From NCBI GenBank assembly GCA_048013815.1, contig CM106586.1:13454001-13518000 (forward strand): a stretch of 64,000 bases of DNA, read 5' to 3'. Below the pieces are notes generated by a model. That model did no database searches. It was not told the DNA's origin and saw only the letters and a list, made by a program, of their open reading frames with translations. Positions 46,142-60,300 of this stretch are shown piece after piece (positions within the stretch are counted from its first letter, which is position 1; every line of letters begins with the position of its first letter). The DNA is from Setoptus koraiensis (taxonomy: Eukaryota; Animalia; Arthropoda). The translations under genes and the position numbers were made by a program.

Positions 46142-47087
46142 CGCAACAAGTATTATACAATCGACGCCGGACACTGAAAGATTGAATTTGCTTCGTTGCT
46201 TCGCTGCGCCCGCTCGCTTGCATTGAATCTTTCAACAGTCATCTAAATCAGTCGCCGATCAGGCAAATTGCCTGCCCCAATCAATGGCCAACAATCCGAC
46301 AATCTTTACAGCTCTTTGTCAGTCGTGTCGTGCGAGATTATAAACCAATAATTATATTATATCATGCGAAGCAGGCAGCAAATATCATCCGGATTAGCGG
46401 CGAAGGATGTGTGTTGCGCCATTGCTAGATGCCATTGGTGCTGCTGCTCCCGTACCAGAAGCTATTAGAAGCGCGATGATATGCACCACTAATTGATTAG
46501 GTTGCCCCATCAACAGTTAGCACGATTGGCCAAGTGGATTCAATTTACGGGGCGAGCTTTTGGTCAATTTGAATCGAGAATTGAATATTGAATATCGGCA
46601 GAAAAACGAGCTTCGATTGTTGTTGGCCAATTGAACAAAGTACCCACAAGGGGTGGATAAAGACCGCTGAGCACCATTAAAACAGGTTACACGACGAGAC
46701 CAATTGTTGTGTTGCCGTTGTTGTTGCCGTTGCCGTTGTTGCTGTTGTTGCAGTAGATAAAAGCCGGACAGATCATCAATGACAGTAGTATTAGATTTGC
46801 AGTCAGAGTGACTTGAGTTGAATTGAGTCAAGTTGCGCCAAGTCGAGATAAAACATTCAATTGATTTGAGTCTGATCAGTCAAGTTTGAAGTTGCTGCCA
46901 GAAATGAATTAACAACAACAAGAAGCATGAAAACAACGGTGTATTATACACACACACACTGTCTGAGTGTGCTGACCATCTTCACCTTTGACTAATAAGA
47001 CAGACAGATAGAATGAGAAAAGGTAGACGGTATAATTATGTAAAAATAAGACACGAAGGCCACGTACTAGCAAGCCAATGTTTCTTC

Positions 47088-47090
<3 letters not shown>

Positions 47091-47151
<61 letters not shown>

Positions 47152-47227
47152 TGTGTGTGTGTGTGTGTGTGTCTGTGTGTGTGTGTCTGTGTGTGTGTGT
47201 GTGTGTCTGTGTGTGTGTCTGTGTGTG
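47091..47227. repeat. Interrupted (GT)n microsatellite
   Basis: Direct reading. Confidence 0.95.
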
Positions 47228-49961
47228 CGACTATTCATGAACTGAAATTATTTATGCATTGACCACCATCACGGTTGACCAAACCTATTTACCTCCAAAG
47301 ATGGGTAGAAAAATTTGTCTATTGTATCCATCTTGTAATAGGTATGTCGTCTGTCTTTGGTCGAGCCTGTTGTTGTTGGACGGTTACGTAGTAGGGAACA
47401 GGTTGCACGATATTTATATATTTATGTAATGCAAGCTCAGCAGTAGCAGAAGAAGAACAACAAGCGAATGGCGCTCATACCAAAGAGATATTCGGTGGCC
47501 TTCTTATATAATAATGATATAAAACTAGTAATTTGTTTGTCCGGCGAATTAGCTCGCTGTTGGATTTCGCACACACACACTCACACACACACAAACACAC
47601 AGCGTGTTCCTTGTGTCGTGCGTCATTCGTCATTGGTTGTCGTGTCAGAAAGAGTTCGCTGACGAAACACACTTTCCCTCTTTTTCTCTCTCTGTAATGC
47701 CCTAATCTGCGCCAATAGTTACGGCAGTGCTTGATTTGGAATCTTTAGCAACCTGTTGTTTAATGGTCATTGCAAGTAATTAAACCGGTCAAGCCTATTA
47801 GAGTTTGTGTGCAAGAGGGCAGCTACCGTCAGAAGGCGATCAACAGGTAGTGGTTGTATGCGGTAGATTCTATGACCAACTTTTTCACTGCGAAACGATG
47901 CTCACCGCTGGTATCATCTTATAATACAGTTATTATACAAAAGTTTATCACCGACAACGAGCCAGACGCAACAATATCGAGGCTGGCACAATAAATCATC
48001 AATGAACCATCGACAATTGCGTATCTTTATCACTTTCATCAGCGCCCCATATGGATGCTTGCGAAAGCAGCAGCCTCTCGGAGGCAGCTATAAATAAACA
48101 GGCATCGCTTATTATGAATAGTAGTTGACATCGATCCTGAGGTTAAATATCCCGTTTCAGCACAGACAAAAGATGCAACATAATGAGTCGGTTGAGTTTA
48201 TTATTTTGTGTTTGGCAGTGGAACAACACAACAACAACAACAACAAAGACAAGACAACCTGTGTCGCCGCTGACTGCATAATTGGTACTGTTAGCCCCTG
48301 TCCATATATCAAGTGAGCCGTCTTAACGTTGCGAAGTTTGTTAGTGATATTCACTTCACGAAAGTTTTAAGTTTAACTCACTCTCACACATTACCTTACA
48401 ATCGGCTACTACTTTATCGCAACTCTCTGTAATGTTTATTGGACAGATCCTATGAAGATATCTCAGTGGTAAACAACGCAAGTTATTCTCACAATGATGA
48501 TGGTTATGGTGAACATAAGAGAAATCTTAAATAAGCTTGAATTTTGTATTGTTACTGTCTTGTTATCTTGTTATGGGCATATAACGGGATAATGATACCC
48601 GTTCCATCATTGAGTCATGTCTCATTCAACACTCAAACAAAAACATATACTAATGTCAATTCTAGCCTCACTTGTCCAACGAGACATAGCTAAGCACTTT
48701 TCATAAAATACATATTGTTGTTCTAACTGGTAACGGGCAATAATTATCCAGCTTACTCTGTTCCAAACTGAACACTGAGAAAGAGAAGATGACGTAAGAG
48801 AATTTACACCTTTGGTAGCCTTAACATAGAACAAATGATCGCCTTTGTTATACAACTTGATATGTGCTGTGTTTTCCTTGTTGCCGCCATTTATGGAGCT
48901 TGGCATGACTCTCCGAGAAATTCCAACACCATACAACACATACCGATTAACGGCTCATGTATGAGAGATGCGATCACACAGGTTTGATACTTCTCTCCCA
49001 ATCTGATCTTCATCGCTCGCTTTCAGAGTAATAGTCTAAGTATTAATCAGTGGATAGACCAATGGACACTAGATTATAACAACAAAAGTAGGAAGAGTTG
49101 GACTAAATTTGATTAATGACCTCTCTGCCATCCATACACTGTAATCCAGACAAATTATGAAATGTTGATTTGCATGCAAACACACAAGGTACTACTTCAC
49201 TTACTATGGTGGATAAATGAATCTGGATAAGTTACTGTGCCAGCTTGTGTCTTGGGATTAAATTCACATATATCTACACCTATCAGTGGTGAAGTCTCGT
49301 CTCATCTCGTCTATTCTTTCTTTTTTTTGTTCCTTATGATAATACTAATATTTGTAGACTTCTCATTATGTAAAATAGTTGTTGTTATTCTCAACAATCA
49401 CAGTTGAATATCCTCAGACATGCAAATGTATACAATCGAACACTAGAACGACTGAGAGAATATTAATAGCCACAATAACAACAGCTAAGTCGTCATCTAT
49501 TCATCAGATGAGTATATACTCAAACGTGTGAGTATGGTTGCAAAATACTTCAGAGTAGGCTGTGCTAACAATTCAGTTAGGCCCATCAGGTTAGGCGTGT
49601 GACTGAAAAAAGAAAGGGGTTTGTTAATACAATAACATCAATCCTTCAGGCAGGTAAAGAATTGTTATGGTTATCTCGAAAACCTTGTGCCTGGCTTGTT
49701 GCGAATGAAACTTTTCCAATTATTTAACAACACAAATAGGGACCATAAGCGACAACAGCAACAACTTTCTGCATGGTTGGACCAACATGCTGTCGTTAAT
49801 TTATATTTACATTGAGTACATGTAAAGTTGTTAGATGTCATTGATGCACAAACGCTAACAGCCTTTATGGATACATTTAATTTGATGATATCGTGTAATA
49901 ATAGTATAAGTCAAATCCAATGCAAATTCATTTATTCAATCAAAGAAGCTTTATAAAGATA

Positions 49962-50973
49962 TTAGCGACTGACTTTAGAAAAATATTTTGTCAACTTGTT
50001 GCTACTTTTATCACCGCTTCGAGGTTGCTCCTTGGAATCGGATTTTCGCTTGGAATTTACCATAGTGCGAGGAGTCTTGCCTGTAGCAATCACAGAATTA
50101 GGTTTGACGACGGTACTATCTGTTGATATCGTGATTTCGTTGCAACTGTTCTCTTTGAATACATCAGACAGCTCGTTTGGTAAATAATCTGCGAGCAGAT
50201 CGTTCGAATATGATCTGAGTGTTGCTAAAGAAGTGCTACTGTCCATCTCTTCGCGAAGAACGTCAATGACTTTTGTCCGTTTCTTCTTGAGCCATTCAAT
50301 CGTTTTTTCCTGATTAAACCTTAGATACAGTTCACTTTCTATCTCTGTCACATAAAAATGATCGAAGGGTAAATATTGATGAGCTAAAGATAGATTTAAT
50401 GGAAAGAGAATAATTCTCACATCCCTTCTAAGGTTCCCAACCCAAACCTACCTTTTGTATCGCTTATGAGACTCCAGTCGGTGTCGGGTGAAAGCACTAG
50501 AGAGAGATCATCAGAACAGGTTGTAGAACTAATAATATCGTGTAGGGTCCTAAACTGATCTTTGGACTAGAACCATTAAGAAACAGACTGTTAGCAATAA
50601 ATTTTTTAGAACTATAGTAATGTAAACTCGGTGCCTTACCTTGATGAGGAATGGTAGCATAATAAAGAGCCTGTCAACGGGTGTCATCATATTGAGAGAT
50701 CCATCTGCGCCATAAACAATAAAATTTTCTCTGATTACATTACGATACATAGAATAAAAGAGACAAGATGGTTTCTAGGTCAATCTTACCTTTACTTAAC
50801 AAATCGTCAGCGAACCAGGATCTGAACTCGTCATGGTGCTGAACAATTTCATTTACTGTAAAATTGATTTGGTCAACCAGATAAGTTCTATCGGTCTCCC
50901 CTTCTTTTGGGCTAGGTAACTTGATTTTAACCAATCGTTCTGAATGTCCTCTCGGGTGTATAAGGAAGTCCAT
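49962..50973 (-). CDS. RNASEH2B: Ribonuclease H2 subunit B, 248 aa
   Basis: Exons 50973-50790, 50704-50640, 50566-50452, 50344-49962 (747 nt): KLPSP...FRSWFADD...DGSLNMMTPVDRLFIMLPFLIK...YLRFNQEKTIEWLKKK...YSNDLLADYLP, and a C-terminal PIP-box-like KLTKYF. Confidence 0.88.
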
Positions 50974-51254
50974 GATTCCGATTATATGTGTGCTATTTTT
51001 GACAAAAATTTGTTGTTAGGTGATTCTTTTTTTGCTCCACCATTAGTGGTACCTAAAATCTTTGAGGGACACTCTCATAACAGGTTGAATCCAAGTGTCA
51101 ATGCGAATGGACAGCTGCTCGATTTGCTGATTTTGAACGCGCGCCTGAAATCATATGTTCTGTTGCTAGTTCCATCGAACACGTGATGTTTCTACTCTAT
51201 AGATTTGTCAAACATTTTTTCTCAGTAATTAAGTTAATCTACACCTGATACACC

Positions 51255-51980
51255 ATGTCCAATGAAAATCCTCTGGATATGAGCGTGAAATCATCAGATG
51301 ATGACATCACATCACTAATAAACCATGGGACGAAATTATATGAAATGATATTCAAACATATTGATAAAAGAATTACGACGGAGTTATCATCCTTGCGAGA
51401 CCATATGAAAGATGAAGAGGAACGAAGAAGCAAAGAACATGCCAAAGATAAAGAAGATACTAATTGTATTCTAAAAGAACTGAAAGACAGAGTGGACAAG
51501 GAAGCTCAGGCCTCTCTCACTCGAAAGGTCGAGTTTGAAACTCTCATTGATAAAAAATTGACAACGGAGTTATCATCCTTACGAGACCGTATGAAAGATG
51601 GAGAGGAACAAAGAAACAAAGAACATGCCAAAGACAAAGAGGATACTAATTGTTTACTTAAAGAACTGAGAGACAAGGTGGACAAGGGAATTCAGGCCTC
51701 TCTCACTCAAAAGGCCGAGTTTGAAACTCTCAAGAAGATGTTTTTTGACCATGAAAGTAGTTTAAACAGCACGAAAGAATCTTTAACTGCTATAACCAAG
51801 AGGAGCAATGAATTGACTGTAATTCTCTCCAACTTGGTCAACAAACTAAGGAAGCAATCCATGGCTTTCGAAGAATTAGAGGTAGGTTTCGAAAGAAACT
51901 GTTCAATAGTGAACAATCTCATAACAGATATAGATTCTAGACTGGGCGAATTGTCAGAGTCCGAAAACGAGTTGATCTAA
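51255..51980 (+). CDS. Orphan coiled-coil protein, 241 aa, with a 62-aa internal tandem duplication
   Basis: ATG ORF; repeat units 51360-51545 and 51546-51731; the first 12 codons resemble the MED17 start. Confidence 0.7.
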   Translation: MSNENPLDMSVKSSDDDITSLINHGTKLYEMIFKHIDKRITTELSSLRDHMKDEEERRSKEHAKDKEDTNCILKELKDRVDKEAQASLTRKVEFETLIDKKLTTELSSLRDRMKDGEEQRNKEHAKDKEDTNCLLKELRDKVDKGIQASLTQKAEFETLKKMFFDHESSLNSTKESLTAITKRSNELTVILSNLVNKLRKQSMAFEELEVGFERNCSIVNNLITDIDSRLGELSESENELI

Positions 51981-52265
51981 TTGTATTGACACTACCAAGA
52001 TGCAAGTAAACTTACATCAAAGACAAATATGTAAATAATAAAGTTATTCGTGACTGCCATCACTCATTACTTTCAATTTTTCCATAACAAGACGTCACCG
52101 GCGAACCGCCGATTTTTAAATCTTCGCGCGTTAGTGTGTTGCATTTAGCATCGTGAAGCTGAAGTCGAATGCTTGGTAATTAAAAAACACATGAGGTCCA
52201 CCTATTTTTTCACTTTTACAATTACAACAATTGTCCAATATTTAGGCTAATATAGAAAATACACC

Positions 52266-54140
52266 ATGTCCAATAACAATCCTCTCAATGTCAGCGTGCG
52301 GATTGAGCCTTCCGATGAATATCAGATACAAGAAATCTCATACGATGGCCAGGAAAAGTATATCCAACCTCTCTCTATGGCGGAGAATCTCACTCGACTT
52401 ATACAAAAGATAGATTTTAGTCAACCAATTGAAGAGTTAAAGGCTGAAGTTGACAACATAGACGACGATGAGGACCAGCGACCAACCACTTCTCATGCCG
52501 CCTTGTGGCCCTTCGAATCCATGAGAAATAAAGTACGCACAGCATTGACGGAAATATGTGTCTTGTACGACTTGCTATTGATTTCTAAGGAGAAAAAATA
52601 CATGGTGTTTGATACTGTGTCGGCGGAATGCGAGGAACCTAGGCCTATTCTACAACTATTGACTAAAAAGAAGGCTTTACAGTCGGCTGCTGAAATACTG
52701 AAAAATGGAGCAGAGACATTGAAACCACCGGTACATCAGCTAGAAAATCAACCTCTTAGTTTCTATGATGAATTGCTCTTGATGCGCCAAAGTTGGCGTT
52801 TGAAAAGAATCGGCAGCAATATAATAGGAGATTTGAGTTATCGTACCACCGGCTCAAGGTTCTATCAATACTCAAGTTCCAATCAAGGCCGATTTGAAGT
52901 GATCAAAAATGACCCCACTCAGCTTCAAGTGGGTAACATTAAACAAGCTCTGAGGGTAAAGGTACCGTCGGAGCTAGAAGGTCACGCATACATACAAGTT
53001 AGCATTGTCAAAGACGATACTATATTGGCAGAGGCTTCTACTTCTCCGACCACTCGCTGCCTGGATAACTTGGGTAATCTTACATGGCAAGAAACTTTGG
53101 ATAATGCGCAGAATGTAATCTTCTGCAAGGAACTTTTTTCTCTATTAGCAAAAGAAGCCGTCCAATATCAATTTGTTATACCCACAACTGTAACAGGCAA
53201 TCAAATTGTCATAGCGTTATTTCCAAATGTTAAACTAGTTATAAATCTTATCCATTTCACTCCGTACTCTAAATCATCTGCCAAACTATCTGATAACATG
53301 CTCAAGCTGAAACAAGACCACAGATATGTTTTGGAACATTCATTACATAGGATACTTAGAGAGTTCCATGCGAGTGCCTCGAAAAAATCTCAAAGAATAG
53401 ACGGAACGAAAGAAAGCGGCCCAGCCGCATCTGATAAACAAACCATCCTAGATGCAACGAAACAAGAGTCACTTATAAAGCAAATTGTGGTCCAAGCTCA
53501 ACATCAAGTTCTGAGAGAACAAACAATTCAAGTCATCGATTCGTTTGCCAAGAATATAAAAGACCCAATCATTGTATCGCATATGTTCTGTCTGAATAGC
53601 CCCAATTGTTCTATAGTAAGAGTGAATATATATTCGGATAATTATGAATCACTTGGTAGGACGTCCATGATTATACATATCAAAGCGCGTGATTTATATG
53701 CCACCACAAAAGATGGCAAAACTATAACTCTTGGTTACGAGCCAGAAGAATTGACTTATCTGCTTCACTGGCAAACATGCCTTCATCAAATAAATACGGC
53801 TCTTTCGTTTTCTAAATTATTGGGTTGGATCAATTTAGCCTCCAATCCCAACGTTGGCGTCTGTCGAGACGATGGTGTAACAACTGCTGCATCTTTGGTG
53901 ATATCCTCGGCCAACGGAGAGCACATGATCTCATTAAAGTTAGGACCCCAGTTTGGCTTAGTAGTAAGTGTAGCCTCTCAGCGTGACATTGATCATACTT
54001 TACAATTAAAAGATGTGGCATCAAGTAAACTTGAAAATTTAGTCAGTGAATTCCGTGAAGTAGATTGGGAAAAAATGGAAGGTAAAAGCTTTCTAGGCAA
54101 GCTAGAACTTCTTATATCGGTTCTAACTGAATACAATTGA
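52266..54140 (+). CDS. MED17: Mediator of RNA polymerase II transcription subunit 17, intronless, 624 aa
   Basis: IQEISYDGQEKYIQPLSMAENLTRLIQKIDF, WPFESMRNKVRTALTEICVLYDLL, ELLLMRQSWRLKRIGSNIIGDLSYRTTGS, LDNAQNVIFCKELFSLLAKEA. Confidence 0.93.
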   Translation: MSNNNPLNVSVRIEPSDEYQIQEISYDGQEKYIQPLSMAENLTRLIQKIDFSQPIEELKAEVDNIDDDEDQRPTTSHAALWPFESMRNKVRTALTEICVLYDLLLISKEKKYMVFDTVSAECEEPRPILQLLTKKKALQSAAEILKNGAETLKPPVHQLENQPLSFYDELLLMRQSWRLKRIGSNIIGDLSYRTTGSRFYQYSSSNQGRFEVIKNDPTQLQVGNIKQALRVKVPSELEGHAYIQVSIVKDDTILAEASTSPTTRCLDNLGNLTWQETLDNAQNVIFCKELFSLLAKEAVQYQFVIPTTVTGNQIVIALFPNVKLVINLIHFTPYSKSSAKLSDNMLKLKQDHRYVLEHSLHRILREFHASASKKSQRIDGTKESGPAASDKQTILDATKQESLIKQIVVQAQHQVLREQTIQVIDSFAKNIKDPIIVSHMFCLNSPNCSIVRVNIYSDNYESLGRTSMIIHIKARDLYATTKDGKTITLGYEPEELTYLLHWQTCLHQINTALSFSKLLGWINLASNPNVGVCRDDGVTTAASLVISSANGEHMISLKLGPQFGLVVSVASQRDIDHTLQLKDVASSKLENLVSEFREVDWEKMEGKSFLGKLELLISVLTEYN

Positions 54141-54390
54141 TTAAACTGCAGTATTCCTGTACCTATATTTGTATGATAAGTAGTATATAATAAATAAATT
54201 TTTTCTTATCCATATGTATCTACATTCATCCTCTCATGATCAATTTACAATAGCATCTATACTGACACTTGTATATGTTTCAGTCATTGAATGTATGTAC
54301 AAAGTAACTTCTATAGTCATTCATAACCCTAAGCATGCATTTTTCATGTATTGGTGGCCTCGGTTGTTCATCAAATCGATCCTATCCTTT

Positions 54391-57300
54391 CTATCTCCAG
54401 ACATGTGTACCACCGAGTCCATGATGATATAATCTGTTGGATGAATTGCTTGATAACATAGTACTGCATGCAGATCGAGATGCCCATGTTGGATTTGATT
54501 CCACGGTGCCAGGATACGACATCTTAACATGTTTATGGGAGTATTTCAATTTTCGTACCCTCAAACAAAATATGACCGAAATACATGTGACAAAAATCAG
54601 TACAGAGATTGTTGATGCGAAAAAGATAAATACTTCTATATGTCTATAACACAATAGGGATTCATCGTCATTTTCCGCATATGTTTCTCGTGTTTGACTG
54701 TTTGTTTTTGGTTCATCCTCTTGTTTCACTCTGATTGCTTTGTACAAACTTAAACTATCTGACATGACTGGTGGCTTTCCATCGTCACTAGATGATTCTT
54801 GAGTTGCATTTGTATATTCGTAATCTGAGTTTTTTATAGATCGCTTACTAAGACGACGCCAGTAACACATTTGAGGCTGAATGAATGAGATTAGAGAGAA
54901 TGGGTTTCAGTATTTTGTTCGTGCCAATTAGTTGATTTTTGTTAATTATTGTTGGATTATACTTACAGGACATGCAGTCTGGCACATATGAATCTCACAT
55001 TCTAAATACAAAACTGGGGTCCCCGTAAATCTGAAGGCTTTCAGGTAAGCATACAAGGTTACATGTCTAAGGTCATTATCGTTGTAAGTTCCTCTAAAGG
55101 GGCTAATAAAACGTTCATTGACCACACAACTTCAGGGAGAAAAACAATAGATAGTTCATTATTAGTTATCGTTCAGTATGGCGAAGAAGGGTAAACAACT
55201 ATGAGAACCCATGCGTCGCCTATATCATTTAGTATTACTAATGAAAGTTAAGGTAGAGGTGATTAAGATGATATCCTCGAAGAATTCGACATCTTACTAT
55301 AATCTAATCGTCTTGATTAGAGTCATTAGGATAATCACATCTTAATTGCTATGATGCGGTTGATTAGTTGAGAATAAGTTGAGTTGTTCACAACATGATC
55401 TAAATCAAAGCACATTCGTCATATAACAAGCATGTCTTAGAGTTTTTGCTAATATTCCTTTGTGTCGATCGCACTTTTGCGAAGGCAACCTTGATCTTGA
55501 GATCAAACAGATTCGCTGGAATTGAACTTCAGTCTTCATTCAAGTATTGAACTCTTGTTCTATACTGGAATGTTGGCTGTAGAACAAAAAAAGAGTAGAG
55601 TTCAATCATCAAATCAAATACTTTCTAGTAGAGCTAAGATAACTTAGCTCTGATGATTCTCTCATGCGATTCGTTTCTCAAACATCTGAACAACCACCAT
55701 TCAGGTTTGTGCAATTTGTACGAATCATTAAGCATCAATATTCTTCTGAACAAACATTCTAATGAACAGGAAGTCAATCAATCTGGTCAGGGTGCAGGAA
55801 TTTTAGAGCCCATCGCAAGATAAAAGATAGTGTTCCTTGATGCAGGCAAGTGATTTGTATGAGATCTGTAGAAATAGTAGCATATGTGTTATACGAATTC
55901 TCACGACACATCCTCTCTGTCTAAGCATAAGTGCACGAAACTCACCCATTAGAGTCTATCAGCTGCATTCGTTGTTGAGCACCATTGTGAGCTATACAAT
56001 TCTTGACAAGTATATCATATCCAGCTAGTGGTTTACAGGTTTTGATAGAATAACAAAATGATACTTAATAACTTGCCTTCAATAGTTTAGATGGTTTGAA
56101 TTTGGAAATAATTACTATTCATCTTACCTCTCTCGCTCTTCATGTGAATTAGTAATGTTAGAGGATCTCCTACGGTCACTGGTCCTTCGACTGATGCTGT
56201 TGTGGATCAAATGGATGTTTAGATTGGTGTCAGTAAATCGATCGAGGCTAAACCTTAATGATGCATGCAAATTCTTTTGTGGTTGGCTATTTGTGATTTG
56301 TTCAAGTACCGTTACGCAATATAGCTTTCACAAAGTAAACTTGCAGCGATTCTAGAATAAACTCAATGGTTTTAAATGAGCCTCGTTTGTTCTTTAAACA
56401 AATGTAGTAACGAGTCATGTTGTACCACTGAAGTCCACATAATGAGGACAAGTAACTTGACAAGATGTTTATTGAATCATCACGCAAAATTTAGATGATT
56501 GTTTGACGCGATGAAGACAAATTTAGCTACTCACGGTTAGTGCCTACTTTCGGACCGTATCCATGTCCGAGTAAAACGTCCATCTGACATTGGGGTGGAT
56601 TTATCGTGAAAACTACAGGCGAACCTGTGTTTGTTCTTTAAAGCGTAACAATTGGTTTGGTGGTACAATGAAAAAGAGCGTTCTAATTAATTTGCTGCAG
56701 AACTGTCTCATCTATTTCGCTGTGGTATGGCATTCTATGAGAGCTGTCCGTTAGAGTCAGGGAGCAATGTTTGCTTGCACAGCAGGTCTGCTTGTGCAAT
56801 CTAATTGTGTTATGGACTAATTGACATATATATCAGCATGGCATACGCATGAAAACGCATAAGGATAGATTCAACAACCTTCGTATTATTTACTTACTCA
56901 ACATTGAATGGCGAAAAAGATACAGTTTTCCAGAAGTCGCTTCCGTATTCGCATGACACACGAAAATGTTCATCCCATTCTTGCTCAATCATTGGATTAT
57001 ATTGTATAGATAACGTGTTCCACATAACTTGGTCTCGTCTCTGGAACATAGATTTCGGAAAAAGTCGTTGGTTACGCCAGATAAGTTGTTATTCCATGCG
57101 AAAGATAAGAAGCGAGAAATCAATGATGAGTTTCAGGTTCATTGTCATGTTTTTTTCTTCGTCGCCTGAAGCTGTAGAAAAGTGTTATGTGATAATGTGG
57201 AGGATCTCGTAATAAAGAAGTCAAATCACAATGGGAGCTTATTCACTAGCATGTCTTGCACAAATGGAATGCAAGAGTAATTTGCTGTACGAAATCATCA

Positions 57301-60300
57301 TGAATAAGGTGGATCTAAACTTAATTTGTCATTGACTACACTGTGAACAGACCGCGTTCAATCATTCATACGCCGCAATCTTGAGCCCAATATTCTGACT
57401 ACATCTCGATTACCTCTCTCATCATTTCATTCTACTATTTCTTTCTCTCCTTTATTCTATATTAACTTCCAGTGTGTCGTTGAATAATTCTTTGAGAAGT
57501 TTATAATCAATCATGGCAACTATCGCATGTCCAATTTACAGAGCAGGCAGGCGGTCTAAATAACCAATTCACCATCATTTGCCTGCGTGTTAATTACCAG
57601 CTATCAATTTTTTATCCATTTCGGGAAAAATTCAAAGCAGACACCATTTCTCTCGCTAAATATTCTCTTTTTATCCTTTGGATTAAACAAGACGTTTTTC
57701 TGAATTGTGACTCTTATAATTATAATTTCTTCTTATGCTTGAATACTCACTCTGGCCTCGCCGGGATTCGTCGGCTGTATTAACTCCTGGCGCCCTAGTG
57801 TGCCGCACTGATTCAATCTTATATTAAAGTCATAGCGAGCTGTACCCGATCCATTCACATACAAACATGTTGGATCATTGACATATCCTGAACTGTATAT
57901 GATACCCTTAAATGTTCCATTGAACACTATATTGGTCCTGATTAATTCATTTGAGCACTCAGCAGATATATCTGTCAAGCGAGATAGACGTACAGAGATT
58001 GAGTTGCATTGATAGTCAGTCTTTGTATTGTTTAATTGAGTTACATTCGTAATAGCTCTGGCATGCATTGTGCTCAATGTGCATAAACTGTACTTACGTT
58101 CCACTCGCGTGATGTTGATTGGCCGTCTAGAATAGTTTGATTGATTTGATGAGTTTGGCAATACCAAAGATGTTGTTGTTGATGAAGGTAACTGGTTATT
58201 AGCTCCGGTGTGACGACTAGCTCCATAATCAGCATTTAGTGAAGGTATCAAAGTATGGTGTATAGAATCCTGTAGAGACGGCTTATAAACAGAGGAGGAT
58301 GCCGTGCTTATTGTTTGAGCGTTAGTTTGCATATTATGTGGTACTTGTATGAGATTACCATGAGCAGATAGACTACCATGAGATGAAAACTGTTGACTAC
58401 TACTGCTTGTCTGATATTGCGATTGAGCAGGCAATGGTAATGGTTGTTGCACATTGTGTAATTGTGAGCTACTAGCTGCGGGCACAGGTGAAGACTGTGG
58501 AGATCTAAAGCCACTTGCTTGATTTCCTTGACCAACAGGTGGTGGCAAAGATGGCTTTCTTGGGACGATGCCAACTGGAGGGTTGGCTGGACCAGAATAG
58601 CTTACAAAGAATCTAGCAGCTGCCCCTGAGTTTGACATATTATTAGTGTTGCCCTTCATGTTATTGGTGTGTTTATCTTGAACATCGGTAGGATGGGTAC
58701 TATTTATATTTGGAGTTGTCGCTTGTGCAGATGATTTTAACACTCCAGCCATATACATCAATGGTGGACCACCTATGCGCTCGGGAGTAGATACCATGGG
58801 CACTTGTTGTGTGCCACTATTAACTCTTTCAATATCTTTTGATTGATCTAACGTGAGCGAATGACCTTGTGTGGAGGAGCTAGAATTATCGATGTTATTT
58901 CTTCCATCAATTATTGTCATGTCGCCGGAGCCCCTGTAAGAGCTGTAAGAATCAGCCAGTGTTGATGGCTTCATATTAGATTGAGCATTCTGGTGCGATG
59001 CATTCTCTTCCTGGCCTTGCAATCTAACATCATTATTATTATTGTTGCTCTTGAGAGATGGCTGTTGTTTATTTAAATTCAAAAGTGTGTTACTATTGAA
59101 TTGTTGAGACGGGAACACACGATTGTCCATTTGACCTTGTTCCTGTTGCTGTTGTTCCGTGTGACCGTTACCATGCTGTAAACCATTATTAACTGATGAT
59201 GGGTTATTATCTGACTCACTGATTGGATTACCTACCACATACAACGGTTTTGACATGGACGATTTAGAAGATGCTAATCCAGAAGATGATGTTGGTATGC
59301 TTGTGATGGAAGAACTAATGTGATGATGGGTTAGAATAGGATCATCGAGGGGCCCTGATATAGGAGAGTATTGTATATTACTATCGTGCATAGGTGTTGA
59401 CGAAGCTGTTTCACTGAGCGAACTCTCTAGAGCCATCTCAACAGAATTTCTTGTCTCGCTTTCCATGGGCACACTCAATGAGTATGGGGGACCGTTACTA
59501 TTAATCGTCGTCATAGGTGTTATGGTTGTTGTTGTAGATGTGGTGCTAATCATCGGTATATGGCTTGTATTGTCAACTCTATTCAAGCTATTATGCTGCT
59601 GAATGGTCTGCATTGTTCCGCTCACCGCTTCTTGTTTTTTTGTCTCGTTTTCAGTGTTAACGTTTTCTTTGACACTTGTTGCGCTAGAAGGCTTTGCACT
59701 GATAGCATCCTTTTTGATATCATTGTTAAACGAGTCAGAGTCTTGGTGACTGTAACTCTTACCAGTTGTGGTGCTGTTTTGGCTATATTGATTATTATTA
59801 TTATTGTTGTTATTACTAATTCTATTATTGTTATTATTACTGTTTGCTGATGGCACCATATTATGACCATTCAAGGTTGAATTGTTGCTTATTGTTGTGC
59901 TATTATCTCTAAATCTATTGTCGTCGCTAACGGAACCAATGTTACTAGCATCAGAAGTATCAATCGCATAATCATTTATGCTACTGGTATTACTATTATT
60001 GAATTTGTATGTATCTACAATATCGTCGCTTATCTTGTCTATTATTTGATCGGTTAGCTGAGTTGCTGACCCTATACCTAGAATCGACGTTTTTCCGTTA
60101 TTCCCAAAACGATTTCCTTTATTGACTTGTTGCTGTTGTTGTGATCCCGATGTCAAATGATGCTGATGACCATCCATTTGGCCATTATTAGCCTCTTGAT
60201 TGGTATTGCGCTTCAAAAAAGTAGATGTAGTATTAGTTGTGCCAGTAGCATAAACTGTGGCCACAATTGTGTCGCTGTTAGAATCTTCATCCATATTTCT

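Noticed and set aside
45918-47240. ORFs with HT/VC/CV repeats
   Set aside because: Translations of (CA)n/(GT)n microsatellites.
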